From Octopus vulgaris (Eukaryota): 64,000 nucleotides of DNA. Of this stretch, positions 1 through 12,268 are shown in pieces. A program made the translations under genes and the position numbers. The stretch spans positions 142,910,001-142,974,000 of the forward strand of contig OX597814.1 of NCBI GenBank assembly GCA_951406725.2, in the 5' to 3' direction. Within the stretch, counting starts at the first letter, position 1. Each line of letters opens with the position of its first letter. The notes under the pieces are model-generated. The model ran no database searches, was not told where the DNA came from, and saw only the letters and a program-made list of their open reading frames with translations.

Positions 1-399
1 TCATTATTGACGGCACGTGGTAAGCTAGTTACATGATATGCACTTTACTGGGTTTTGTTACATGTGTGATTCCCAGATCTGTAGAAAAATTGTCTTGCAT
101 GAAACCTGTCTCTGGTACAAAAAATGTTGGAGAGAGTTGCACTAGACAATCTTCAATTTGAACGATAACTGGGGATCTTTACAGATACTACTACACCAAC
201 ACAGAGTGGACCTGGAAGTAGTGGTGACTAAGGGTTAACTCCCAAACTAGATGAAGCCTCACCACCTAGATACAGTTTAATGTTTTTCTTGATACATGGT
301 ACATCAATACACACTTGATTTATTATATTGCGAATGGCTTTCGCTTTCAATGATAAGATTCTAGGTATCTCTAGTTCCAGGTCTTTATACCTGGGTAGT

Positions 400-571
400 T
401 TCTCTTGGCGTGGCTGTGCGGTTAGTTTCAGATTCAGTCTTATTGCGCAGCACCTTGGGCAAGTGTCTTCTACTATAGTTTCGGATTGATCGATGCCTTG
501 TGAGGGAACTTGGTAAACGAAAACTGTATGGAAGCCCTCGTATATATACATATCTGTGTACGTGTGTATGT

Positions 572-608
<37 letters not shown>

Positions 609-706
609 ATCACCTTCCCCATTGCGTAACAACCGGAGTTGGTTCTTTACATTCCCATAACATAGCAGTTTGGCAAAAGAATTCTGTTAGAATAAGTACC
701 AGACTT

Positions 707-710
<4 letters not shown>
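400..710 (+). mobile_element. tRNA-derived SINE, family S1 (degenerate copy)
   Basis: GGCTGTGCGGTTAG head, CACCTTGGGCAAGTGTCTTCTACTATAG core and (TG)n tract; matches copies at 2484 and 3021. Confidence 0.7.
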
Positions 711-752
<42 letters not shown>

Positions 753-1317
753 ATATATTGATTAAAATGGTAGAACAACAAAAGAAAGAAAGAGACCTCG
801 ATCATGGCTACCGAATAATTGTCACATATTACATTTACAGATACATATACATATAAACAGCTGCAAGAAGTGATTTTAATGATTTCAATAATTTATTAGG
901 ATTTTTAAAATTTGTATTCTTATCTTATATGTATTGAATTATAAGATATATATGTATGCTATTAAGGTTTTCATTTTGCTAAATGAATAAATAATCCAAC
1001 ATTCTAAAATCTGTAAGTTGATGAACAAACTAAATTTGTTTCTCCATTTTCTTATATATATATACCACCAAGTAAGTTAGGGGTTGTGGATACAAACCTC
1101 TAGGCTGAAACAGCTGTAAGTGATTTCAATGATTCTAACAATTTATATTAATGTTTTTTTTAATAACTACTTGTATTCTTATCTTAAATGTATTGAATTT
1201 TATACTGTATATATGTATGTTATTATGGTTGTAGTTTTGATTATTAAATAAGGCAACATTCTAATATCCTAAAGCTGATAAACCAACTAATGTGTTTCTC
1301 CATTTTCTTATTTGTAA

Positions 1318-1328
1318 TTATATATATA

Positions 1329-1397
<69 letters not shown>
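1318..1397. repeat. (TA)n microsatellite
   Basis: Directly visible. Confidence 0.95.
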
Positions 1398-1399
<2 letters not shown>

Positions 1400-2483
1400 G
1401 GTTCGATTTATTCGATTAAACCATTCAAGGCGGTACCCCAGCATGGGCCGCAGTCCACAGTCCACAGACTAAAACAAGTAGGAGATAAAAGATATTTTTC
1501 AGAGCTACATTGTCGTCTGTTGGAATTGAAGTATCGATTGCTTTGTTTTATTCATCAGTTTTTACAGGTGAATGGAAACATCGGTAAAGATAAAAACAAA
1601 ACACCGTGTAGCATCTTAGTTACGTCTGTTTCTGCTTAACTTGATTTCAGATCCTGTCAGAATCGACTCTGCTTTTCAATCTTTCAGGATCGTTAAAATA
1701 TAAAGTCAGACAAGAACTGAAATCGGTTTAATCGACTGTTTCTTTTACCAAACGTCAATGTTATGGACGTACGTAAGAAATATATTTTCTTTAGACTAAC
1801 AGTTAATTAGTTTCAGATTCTGGTAAATTTGTTTAGCAGTAAGAATTGTAAAGTGAACAATGATTAAGAATTCGAACTGTTAAGTATGTGTAAACATATT
1901 TAATGGCTGAACCATGAAAAGAAAATTAGAGGGCTTATATGCCCCTAAATTAGACTATTTTCTTTAGTCAGTAAACAGTGATCGCTTATAAGCTTTAAGC
2001 TTATGAAATATTATCAATATTTACAGAATTTTAACTCGGTACCGCTTATCAAATCATCGCAGAAAACGCCCATGCTTGTTTTTGTTTGTTTAATTGGAAA
2101 TAATGAAGTAGTGAGGCGAGTGGGGCAGGGGGGGACACACAACAACAGACGGACTAACGATATGATTATTAATATTTCCTTTCTCTTTTTGACAAGTACG
2201 GGTAATAACTCTGGAATGTGTCGATTTTATTTTGACATCAGCGGGGACCAATGACATTTGCTGTATTCGCAGAAGACGTTGTAAAAGAATCACCTAGTAA
2301 CTGTATAAGATTGTACATTGGTTGACGTTGGAAAATACAATTAAGAATTTAACAATTCAAATAATTCAAAGACACCATCTGCATGTAAAAGCAATAATCT
2401 TCTTTAATAATCACACATATATTTACGCTGACAAGAGACACACACAAATACGCATACATATATATACACACTATATACATATA

Positions 2484-2775
2484 TAGGCGTAGGAGTGGCT
2501 GTGTGGTAAGTAGCTTGCTTACGAACCACATGGTTCCGGGTTCAATCCCACTGCGTGGCACCTTGGGCAAGTGTCTTCTACTATAGCCTCGGGGCCGACC
2601 AAAGCCTTGTGAGTGAATTTGGTAGACGGAAACTGAAAGAAGGCCGTCGTATATATGTATATATGTATATATATATATGTGTGTGCGTGTGTGCGTGCGT
2701 GCGTATGTGTGTGTGTGTATGTATGTATGTCTGTGTGTCTGTGTTTGTCCCCCCAACATCGCTTGACAGCCAATG
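2484..2775 (+). mobile_element. SINE S1, uninterrupted copy with an empty target site
   Basis: GGCGTAGGAGTGGCTGTGTGGTAAGTAGCTTGCTTACGAACCACATGGTTCCGGGTTCAATCCC carries Pol III A/B-box-like motifs, followed by the core. Confidence 0.85.
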
Positions 2776-3062
2776 CCTTCGCTAAGCAGAATAATGTCTT
2801 TACCACTTTACCCTTCTAACCTCTTCTATGCCACTAGGGGCTGGATTGGAGATAACAGACCTCCAACGAAATCATTTATTCTCAACAATATGTCTATCCT
2901 TCTGGCTGCTTTTCGATAGTTTTAAAAACAAGAGCTCCGTAAGCTAAAGGCATTTATTGAGAGCAACCAGTTATTATTGCACTTTCTTCAAACACTTCCT
3001 TCATATATTTATATACATACATAGGCGCAGGAGTGGCTGTGTGGTAAGTAGCTTGCTTACCA

Positions 3063-5240
3063 GACAGACGTGTTGTTTTTTGCTCCTGCAAATGTCACGT
3101 GTTTGAACGTGAAATGTTGAACTTTTGACTCGGTGACAGGTAAGACGTTCTGTATTTTTAGAAGCATAGTGAGGTTTATTGCTTGCTTAATGTTATTTAG
3201 CAGTTAACGTTATCTAGCATTAATATTTTTTTGCGGGTAATAGACTTCACTTTACTTCAGATATATTTCTCTGCCTGTTGTCGTGTCTAAGGTCTCACTC
3301 TTTAGTGAGAATTGTGCTTTTTGAGGAGGCGTAGCCCCTCCGCAAAAATTAATTTGTTTGCTTGTGTTTTACTACTTCGCAAGAAAATTATAAAAATAAG
3401 CCACTATTGGATTACCTTTCGGACCCATTTTTGTGGAGGTTGTGTTGCAGTTGCGGCGTTCCAGGTTCAACCCAGGCCGGGAGTACCGCAAGGCCAGAAT
3501 ATTTTTGCTGTGGTTTTTCTGTTTATTAACTTTCTTTTGAACTTCATTTAACCCCCCCCTTTTGTTTTTTTTTCTTTATTGCGACTTTCCTCCCTTCTGT
3601 TGTACTTTCTCCTTTTTGTTTTTTCAAAAATCTATCAAATTTTATTTAGACTTTTGAACTTTTTTCTTCCTGCTTTTGAGTTTAATTTGAATATATTTTT
3701 AAAAAAACATGGCAATGAAAAATAACAAAATTTTGGAGTGGGAAATCATACCACCCAAAAAGTGGTTAAAAGACCGTGAAGATAGGACGGTGGTGTTGAG
3801 AACCTACTCCAAGGCACTTGACACCATCGCCCTATTCGAAAAGACGGCAATTGAGGAGGAGTTGGAAGAGTATTTGCCAACAATTAAATTCATTTCCAGG
3901 GGTGTCAAATATGCAACGGTGTGGTTGCTATTTGACACCCCTGAAGAGGCTTGCATATTTGCTAGCAAACCCTTGGAGGGTAAGGAAATCTTATTCCTGC
4001 CCACGTACAAAAAAAGAAATTGATGAAAGCTTGGATCTGCGGACTGCCACCCGACATAGAACCCGAGTGGATAGAGGAGACTATCCGCCGGGGTCTGGGT
4101 GACAGCGAAACTAAGCTCCTCAATGTAAAAGTTCTTCCTGCGGCTGCTTGGGTTGGGTCGAAAGCAATTTTGACTCTGTGGACACAATCAGCCAATCTGG
4201 TTCTTCCAGATTTTTTGAAAATGGCCGGGTGCAGGTACCCGGTGATGCTTGAGGGTCGCCCCCCTAAGTGTCATCGGTGCTTGGAGTCCGGCCACATAAA
4301 GAAGAACTGTCCTCGGGAACAAAATAGGATCCCGGAACAGTTAAGTAAAACCCCTCTAGAAGAGGGAACGATAACGGCAGAGGACTCCTCAAACAGAGGC
4401 CGAAAGAGGAAGGTGAGCAACAATGGGTGCTCACCAAAGGATAATAGGGATGAGGAGAGGAAGGCGAATCTTCCAGCCACGGAGTAGACGCACCCTCCCT
4501 CAGTTGAAAAGGGAAAAAAAAGAAAAAGAGGAAGAAAAACGGGACATTACCGGCTGTCAGTGTAGCACCGGAATGTCGCGGAACTACGTCGGTTGGGGTT
4601 GTGCCACCGACAAGAGAAGGAATACCGTTGGCGGAAACTGTGCCGCCAACGAAAGAACTAAATGTGTTGGTCCTCTTCTATAGAGGAGGAGAAATTGAAA
4701 AAGTGATGGAAGAGCACTACAAGGGAGCACCTTTAGCCTTCACACAGGACCCCGAATGGCCTCCGCAGGTAGCTGTGGAGGCCGTGGCGTTCGACGTGAC
4801 GCTAGGGCTAAAGGAGCTCAACGAAGATTATAACTTGGTCCCGGGCGACGCGAACTCGGAACTTGACTACGTTCTGAGGGAGGCGTGGTTGATGGTGGAG
4901 GGCGCGGGCACAAGCTATTTCGAGGACGATATGTATTATTAGTAATGGACTTAAGTCCAAAAATTGAAAAATTGTAAGAGGATTAATACCTCGTTTTGTA
5001 TTAATAATGGACTGCTAAGCCCAAAAATTGGGAAAAATTGTAAGAGGTTTTATACCTCGTATTGTGTTTATCTTTTTAAAAAGAACAATGTTTTAGAGAA
5101 GCAAAAGTCGGCGGGCGCTTTCTGTCTTCTCCCATCCTTATCATCTTTCTTTCATTATCATTCACTTCATTAATGTCCTCGTCCAGCCCGCAAAGCTAAC
5201 TTAATCTGTGTACTGCCTTTATGGCAAATGTTTTGAAATA
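3063..5240 (+). mobile_element. ORF1-only (HAL1-like) Tx1-clade non-autonomous retroelement, family F
   Basis: Complete between TSDs; 5' motif ACGTGTTGTTTTTTGCTCCTG; 3' hairpin TGCC-TTTAT-GGCA then AATAAA; no RT or APE coding sequence. Confidence 0.85.
3709..4942 (+). pseudogene. Frameshifted ORF1/gag-like protein
   Basis: ORFs 3709-4023, 4020-4487 and 4601-4942; EGRPPKCHRCLESGHIKKNC is a CX2CX4HX4C knuckle; RGVKYATV and LPTY motifs shared with other ORF1s here. Confidence 0.85.
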
Positions 5241-5624
5241 AAGTAGCTTGCTTACCAACCATATGGTTTCGGGTTCATTCCCACTGCGTGACACCTTGGG
5301 CATGTGTCTTCTACTATAGCGTCGGGCAGACCAAAGCCTTGTGAGTGGATTTGGTAGACGGAAACTGAACTAAACCCGTCGAACATATGTATATGTATGT
5401 GTGTGTATATATTTGTGTATCTGTGTTTGTACACCCACCAGCATCGCTTGATAACCGATGTTGGTGTGTTTACATCCCCGTAAATGTTTTGTACATTTTC
5501 GTCATAGAAAATACACCTTTTGTGACATTTGTAACGAAATTACTTTCTTATATCAGAGGAATAAGGCGTTTCAATAGAACATCTTTATCCCCGGGAATTA
5601 CCGGGTATACCAGCTAATATATAC

Positions 5625-5995
5625 CTATATATGTTATATGTACATACATACACATATATATATATATACATATATATATATACATAGATATATATACATA
5701 GATATATACCTATACATATATATATATATACATATACATATATATATACATAGATATATACCTATACATATATATATATACATATATATACATATATGTA
5801 TACATATATATACATATATACATATATATGTATACATATATATATATATGTACACATACATATATGTGTATATATATATATATATACACACATACATATA
5901 TTTATATATCATCATCATCGTTTAACGTCCGCTTTCCTATTATATATATACACATACATATATGTATGTATGTATGTATGTATGTATATGTATAT
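5625..5995. repeat. Complex (TA)/(CATA)/(TATG) microsatellite
   Basis: Directly visible. Confidence 0.9.
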
Positions 5996-6952
5996 GAGTG
6001 CTTATAAGAGAAATATAAAAGCTACAAAAGCACAAAATACATTTACAACATTTCCCTAAAGTTAGGGAAACAACTAGTACATAATTTATTAAAAACGAAT
6101 GGATGCATGTTACTGTCAGTTAGGTAAAATAATCGTTTAAAGTTCCATGCATATATGAATTTAATTGGTAGAAAAAACAACAGCGAAATCTTCATTAAAT
6201 TATACACTACTGTCCTGAAAAAACGAAGGACATGTTACAGTGTTGAGGTAATTGTATCTAAAAAGACTGGATGATCTCTGCTAGAATGTTATTTATCATG
6301 GACCTTCTTGGCCTTAAAAAGCATAATTTTGTAGGCAATGAGTGAAAATGTTTTATTGTTTAATTTGGAAAGCTGGAATAGTTTAAATACTTTTTTTTTT
6401 GGAAAGCTGGAATAGTTCAAAGTTTATAAATATACTTAGATAAGAAACATAATTCGAACATCTCCGTTCCCTACCATAGAACGGTCCGGGAATCGAACTC
6501 ACTACCTCATGATTGTGAGTTCGACGTTCTAGCTACTGAGCCATGCACCTTCACAGTTTTATACTCTTGAGCAAGACACTTTATTTCACGTTGCTTTAGT
6601 TCATTCAGCTGCTGGTATGCATGGGCGACTGCTGGTTTTCCATAAACAAACTTTCCCGGATTTGTGCCTCGGTGGTGAAATTTCTCGGTGCAAACTGATG
6701 GTCATTCATTTACGATAAAACACGGAGAACGGCTTGAATATAGACACATAAGTAAATTTGTTTTTCGTTTTTTCTATGTCATCCTTTGGTGAAACTTTAA
6801 ACTTAATTTTCGCCATAAAAATGGATGTTTGCAGAAAAAAGATCCGATGGAAGCCATTGAACCTAAATCTCTGTGTGGACGTTCACTTAGAAATGAGGAA
6901 AACAATTAAAACGGATGTTAGCGCTAGATTTAAGCATGCATTATAAATACAT

Positions 6953-7280
6953 GAAGGAGCGTGGCTTAGTGGTTAGGGTGCTCGGCTCATGATCACAAGG
7001 TCGTGAGTTCAATTATCGACCGCGCGTTGTGTCCTTGAGCAAAACATTTTATTTCACGTTACTCCAGTTCATTCAGCTGGCAAAAATGAGTAGCACCTGT
7101 ATTTTAAGGGGCCAGTCATGTTACATTCTGTATCACGCTGAATCTCCCCGAGAACTAACTACGTTAAGGGTACATGTATCCCTGGAGTGCTCAGCTACTT
7201 GCACATTTATTTCACGAACAGGCTGTTCCGTTGATCGGATCAACTGGAACCCTCGTCGTCGTAACCGATGGAGTGTCAGT
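6953..7280 (+). mobile_element. tRNA-derived SINE, family S3
   Basis: GTGGCTTAGTGGTTAGGG...GTGAGTTCAATT head and TTGTGTCCTTGAGCAAAACA core; related pieces at 6470-6710, 11400-11600 and 62780-62915. Confidence 0.8.
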
Positions 7281-7539
7281 TATAAATACATATACCAATA
7301 CGAGCCATTGAGTCGCGTCTACTTGGTAAGTAGATCAGCTAGAAATAGGAGCTAAATCTCCCCCAAGTCACTCTATTTTCTTAAAAAAAGAAAGGATACA
7401 CTGGAAACAATGGGCGTTTAAGACTACGTGCAAGATGGATTGGTGGTTATTACTCGATGGCAGACACTTGAATGACTATCCTTCACTAAGGAGGTTAAAA
7501 TCCTCTCTAGTGGAAGTACAAGTTTTCAGTTTTTGGAGG

Positions 7540-7900
7540 AAGGGATTAAGTCGATTACATCTACCCCAGTGCGTAACTGGTATTAATTTTATTGATCCCG
7601 AAACGATGAAAGGCAAAGTCAACCTCGGCGGAATCTGAACTCAGAACGTAAAGACAGACGAAATACCTATTTCTTTACTACCTACAAGGGGCTAAACACA
7701 GAGAGAACAAACAAGGAAGACAAACGGATTAAATCGATTACATCGACCCCAGTGCGTAACTGATACTCATTCAATCGACTCCGAAAGGATGAAAGGCAAA
7801 GTCGACCTCGGTGGAATTTGAACTTAGAACGTAGCGGCAGACGAAATACCGCTAAGCATCTCGCCCGCCGTGCTAACGTTTCTGCCAGCTCGCCGCCTAA
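7540..7900 (-). mobile_element. SINE family S2, tandem/nested copies with a Tx1-type tail
   Basis: Reverse complement of the 9501-9900 family; same internal junction AAAGAAATA|GGTATTTCGTC. Confidence 0.8.
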
Positions 7901-8270
7901 CTAAGGAGGCTAAAATAAAATCGAGATATGCTTGGAGTTGTCACTGTGTCTCTGGAATGACTGAGAGAATTTAGTAACTTTAGGATGTTTGTTGTATTAG
8001 TGCCTGTAGATGTTTCAGGGTGATTCTTCATGTATTGGCAGGAACTGTGATGTTGGAGTTTGCTGTAGCGGCAAACTGTGACCCTTGTATGTGCAGGTGA
8101 TCTTTCATTTCAAAGACACTTTTTCATTGTTTTGACCACCTACGATGGCGCGAGGTTTGTTGCTTTGTGAACTTTGTAGTTTATTGTGATTTGTTATAGA
8201 GATATGAGAACCAGACATGGTTAGTATAATCCAATGATGAATACAATACAATCTTTGTACACCAACATCC

Positions 8271-8689
8271 GGATCTTTTCGGTTTGAACGGCAGTTTTTT
8301 CTAGCGGTGTCATGAAATTGTCACACATAATTATGACCCTAGTATCGATCTATTACATTTCAATCTGTTTTAAGGTTAGGGTTAGGGGTGGGGGGAAGGG
8401 TATCTTGTTTTCTTCACAAATGTAAACAAACCCAATCTGTTTCTTAAACGAGGGACATATTCATACGGCACAGAATGTTTTTTTTTTTTACCTCAATGGA
8501 CGTATCTGATTTGTTGAAATTGCAGAAATTGAAGAAAAAACAACAAATATCTTACAAACTATAGAATTTTCTCAATAAAGCCAAGAGAAAAAGATGTTTT
8601 ATAAACACATTCTACCAGTATACGAAGTTTAAATTTTTTTAGTTACCTAGAAATTATGTTAAAAACTGCCGTTCAAACCGAAAAGATCC
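8271..8689. mobile_element. MITE with perfect 29-bp TIRs
   Basis: GGATCTTTTCGGTTTGAACGGCAGTTTTT at 8271-8299 and its reverse complement at 8661-8689; no clear TSD. Confidence 0.85.
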
Positions 8690-9500
8690 AATCATTCTCT
8701 TAGTGTAGTATACAAAGTACACTAAGAGGATGCTGATGTTAGTGTTTTGTTCGGCATTTTGCTTCTTTACTATGTTCCCTACGTGTTCTATTGATTTATG
8801 ATGTTGTTTTATCATCCTAAGTATGTTTAAGTCTAGACTTGTTTTGTTTCTTATGTCTTCCATATATGCTATAAATGTTGTAAATGCGTCATATGCATCT
8901 CCAAATAATATCTGTTCCTTGCGTGTGTAATGTGCTTATGCTGTTGTTTGGTTCCTGATCAGCTTTGATTGTACAAATCCACGATCAAAGACCTTCTCAT
9001 CAATTTTAGACAGCGCGTCAAAGACATTATCCGATGTGTTCTATCTTTTTTAAGTCGCATGCTATAAGCCGAGTAAGATCTGGCTACTATTTCTAGCATA
9101 TCGAACAACTATGCAAAGATCTGCTCGTTCAGATTGTGGTATATACATGTCGTTGAGTATTATAGTCGCTGGCGTTGCTGGTAAAAATGTTGTAATTTCA
9201 AGGTGATTGTTAAGTTCAAATAGCAGTGCAGCAGTGTCTCGGGGCTGGTTGGATGAAAAATATTGTTTTTCTATGGAAGCTGCATCTACTGGAAGTGGCA
9301 GCTAAATATCTGAAATCATATTTAAGAAAAAAAAAAGTCACATTAGTTAATTTAGTCGTGGTTGCACTTCACCTGAATAATAAAAGCGGGAGATCATTAT
9401 TGGAATACCTCTGATGATATGTCAGTTCGCTTAGGACTGACCTGGAGCTAAACAACAACACCAGCAATTACCTTACAGCCATTAATATATATCGCTTTTC

Positions 9501-10095
9501 CAAGGCGGCGAGCTGGCCGAATCGTTAGTACACCGGGCGAAATGCTTATCGGTATTTCGTCTGCCGCTACTTTCTGAGTTCAAATTCCGCCGAGGTCGAC
9601 TTTGCCTTTCATCCTTTTGGGGTCGATTAAATAGGTACCAGTTATGCACTGGGGTCGATATAATCGACTTTATCCGTTTGTCTGTCTTTGTTTGTCCCCT
9701 CTGTGTTTAGCCCCTTGTGGGTAGTAAAGAAATAGGTATTTCGTCTGCCGCTACGTTCTGAATTCAAATTCCGCCGAGGTTGACTTTGCCTTTCATCCTT
9801 TCGGGATTGATTAAATAAGTACCACTGAGGTCGATATAATCGACTTAATCCGTTTGTTTGTCCTTGTTTAGCCCCTTGTGGGTAGTAAAGAAATAAGAAT
9901 GTCAGCACGCAGAGCAAAATGTTGAGCAGCATTTCATCGGTCTACATGCTCTGAGTTCAAATTCCGCCGAGGTCGACTTTACCTTTCATCCTTTCGAAGT
10001 CGAACAAAATAAGTACCAGTTGCACACAAAGGGAGATGATGTAATCGACTAGCCCCTCTCCCAAAACTGTTGGCCTTGTGCCAAAATTTAAAATC
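9501..10095 (+). mobile_element. SINE family S2, three tandem/nested units
   Basis: AAGGCGGCGAGCTGGC head; repeated GAGTTCAAATTCCGCCGAGGTCGACTTTGCCTTTCATCC core; tails GCCCCTTGTGGGTAGTAAAGAAATA end near 9734 and 9895. Confidence 0.85.
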
Positions 10096-10395
10096 AGCAA
10101 ATTGCTTTTTCTTATTAACTCATTTAGTTAGCAAATATGATCGATTTGATAATATAAAGTCAGCCAAAGAATTGCACACATGCACAAACACACATATACA
10201 TGCATGAATCGATGCATATGTTTGTTTTTCAAATTTGCTTATTTATACATGCACGAATATGTACTGTATGTATATACATGTATGCTGTATGTGTGTAATG
10301 TATGTGGAAAGAATTGAAGTTTTGTAATAAATTTTACACAGAATACTGTGTGTATACATGTGTATACATGTAATATATATATGGGTGTATACATG

Positions 10396-10433
<38 letters not shown>

Positions 10434-12268
10434 TTTATTGTATTGAATTAAATTAGAGTCTTCTCATAGTTCTCGAGTATTCATTGAGAAGCTTTCTACT
10501 ACTTTTGTGGTAGAAAGATGTCAAAAAAAATCTGAAAAAATACTTTTTTTTTCTCCTACTGTGTATCGTTTATGTCTTGCCATACAAGATCGATATCTAC
10601 TTCTGTCTGCTTATCAATTTAGAGCAAGAATTTCTATATTTACAAAATATTTTTAACAAAATATGTTTATTTCTATCGTAGTAATTTTTTATTTTTTGTT
10701 AAATAAATAACACTTTTGGAAACGACCGATTTTACTGAATTCTTTGCTGTTGTTTCGTTCTTAGTTAACCATGATCAGACTGAGGATGAGAGGTTTTCTA
10801 TCCATAACCAGCTCATCTGTCTTTGTTTTTTTTTTCTTTCACTTAAGATAATTTAATCCTGTCTAGCAATACATTATATGATAATTGTGGCCTTCCCGTT
10901 TTTAAGGTGGTAGAATGTAATTTAAGGGATGTTTGTCTACAATTTCGTATATAGCGTATCTCGGCTTGAAAATGAAAAATAATATGTTTATGCAACATGA
11001 AGACGTTAGAAATTTTATTATATACAAAATGAATTTGTACAGCATATTACTCACTTAGTCTTCTGAGATTATGTTACTGGTAGATGTGCTTTAACAGCAA
11101 TACTGTATTGTACTAGTTTAATTCGTTTTCATTTACTATACTCCATTGTTTTAAGTTAGTCTCTGTTGTTGACACGTTATATATTTTCTTTTAACACATA
11201 CTCGAAATATTTCTTATATTCAATTTGTTGTTGGAAGGCATATAAGTTTTTAAATATATTTTACATAGAACATGTTTATTCGAAATTACTGCTGTCATTG
11301 GTTTACAAACTAAACTGTATGAGAATATCGTATATTTTGTGGCATGATATATTCGGAAGTGCACAATCTCCCAGTTTGTGGTTTAATCTCCCAGATTGTA
11401 GTTTCGTTTCCTGGACCGGGCTACGCGTTATGTTCTTGAGAAAAACACTTCATTTCACGTTACTGCAGTCCACCCAGCTGGCAAAAATGTGTAACGCTGC
11501 GATGGACCGGTGTCCAGTCCAGCTGGAGAACACATACACCAGTAAAACCGGGAAACCGGGCCCATGAGCCTGGCCAGGCTTTAAAAGGGCGCAGTTATTA
11601 TTTATTTTTTTTTAGTTCAAAACACTATTGTATATAACTGTTCTCTCCAGCAAAGCTATCTTTTTATTTTATATACCATATTTACTGTTGTATAAATTGC
11701 ACCATTAATTTTGTGCTAAATCTTCGTTAAAATCTTTTTCCCTTCATATTTTTGTTTTGACCCGTGTATAAGTGGCATCAAGATTTTCAGCTAAAATCAA
11801 GTATTACATAGTGCGCCTTATACACGAATAAATAGGGTATATATTTATACTACACGTCGTATTCCACCCTAGACAATCTTTTTGATTATATATTTTACTT
11901 GCTTCAGTCATTACACTACGGCCATGGTGGAGCACCATTTGAAGGGTTTAGTCGAACAAATCGCCCCCGGTACTTTTTCTTTATAATCTGTTACTTATTC
12001 TATCGATATCCTTTGTCGAACCGCTAAGTTGTGGGGGATACAGAATAAAAATAATACAGTGGTTGTCATGTGACGACAAACGCGTAAAAATACGCGCGCA
12101 CACACACACACACACACACATATATATCTTTGTACAACGGGCTTTTTTCAGTTTCCGTCTATCAAATTCACTCCAAGCTTTGATCGTCCCGGGGCTATTG
12201 CAGATGAGATTTGTCCAAGTAGCCACACAGTGAGACTGAACTCAGAACCATGTGGTTGAATAGCAAGC

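Larger units (their letters stand above)
3021..5485 (+). mobile_element. SINE S1 split by an ORF1-only Tx1-like insertion
   Basis: Head at 3021-3062 resumes at 5241; 17-bp TSD AAGTAGCTTGCTTACCA at 3046-3062 and 5241-5257. Confidence 0.9.

Noticed and set aside
5634-6059. YI/HT/CV-rich ORFs here and near 1.3, 25.5, 55, 58 and 62 kb
   Set aside because: Microsatellite translation artefacts.
6953-7025. tRNA gene
   Set aside because: Continues into a SINE core and lacks a proper acceptor stem and terminator.
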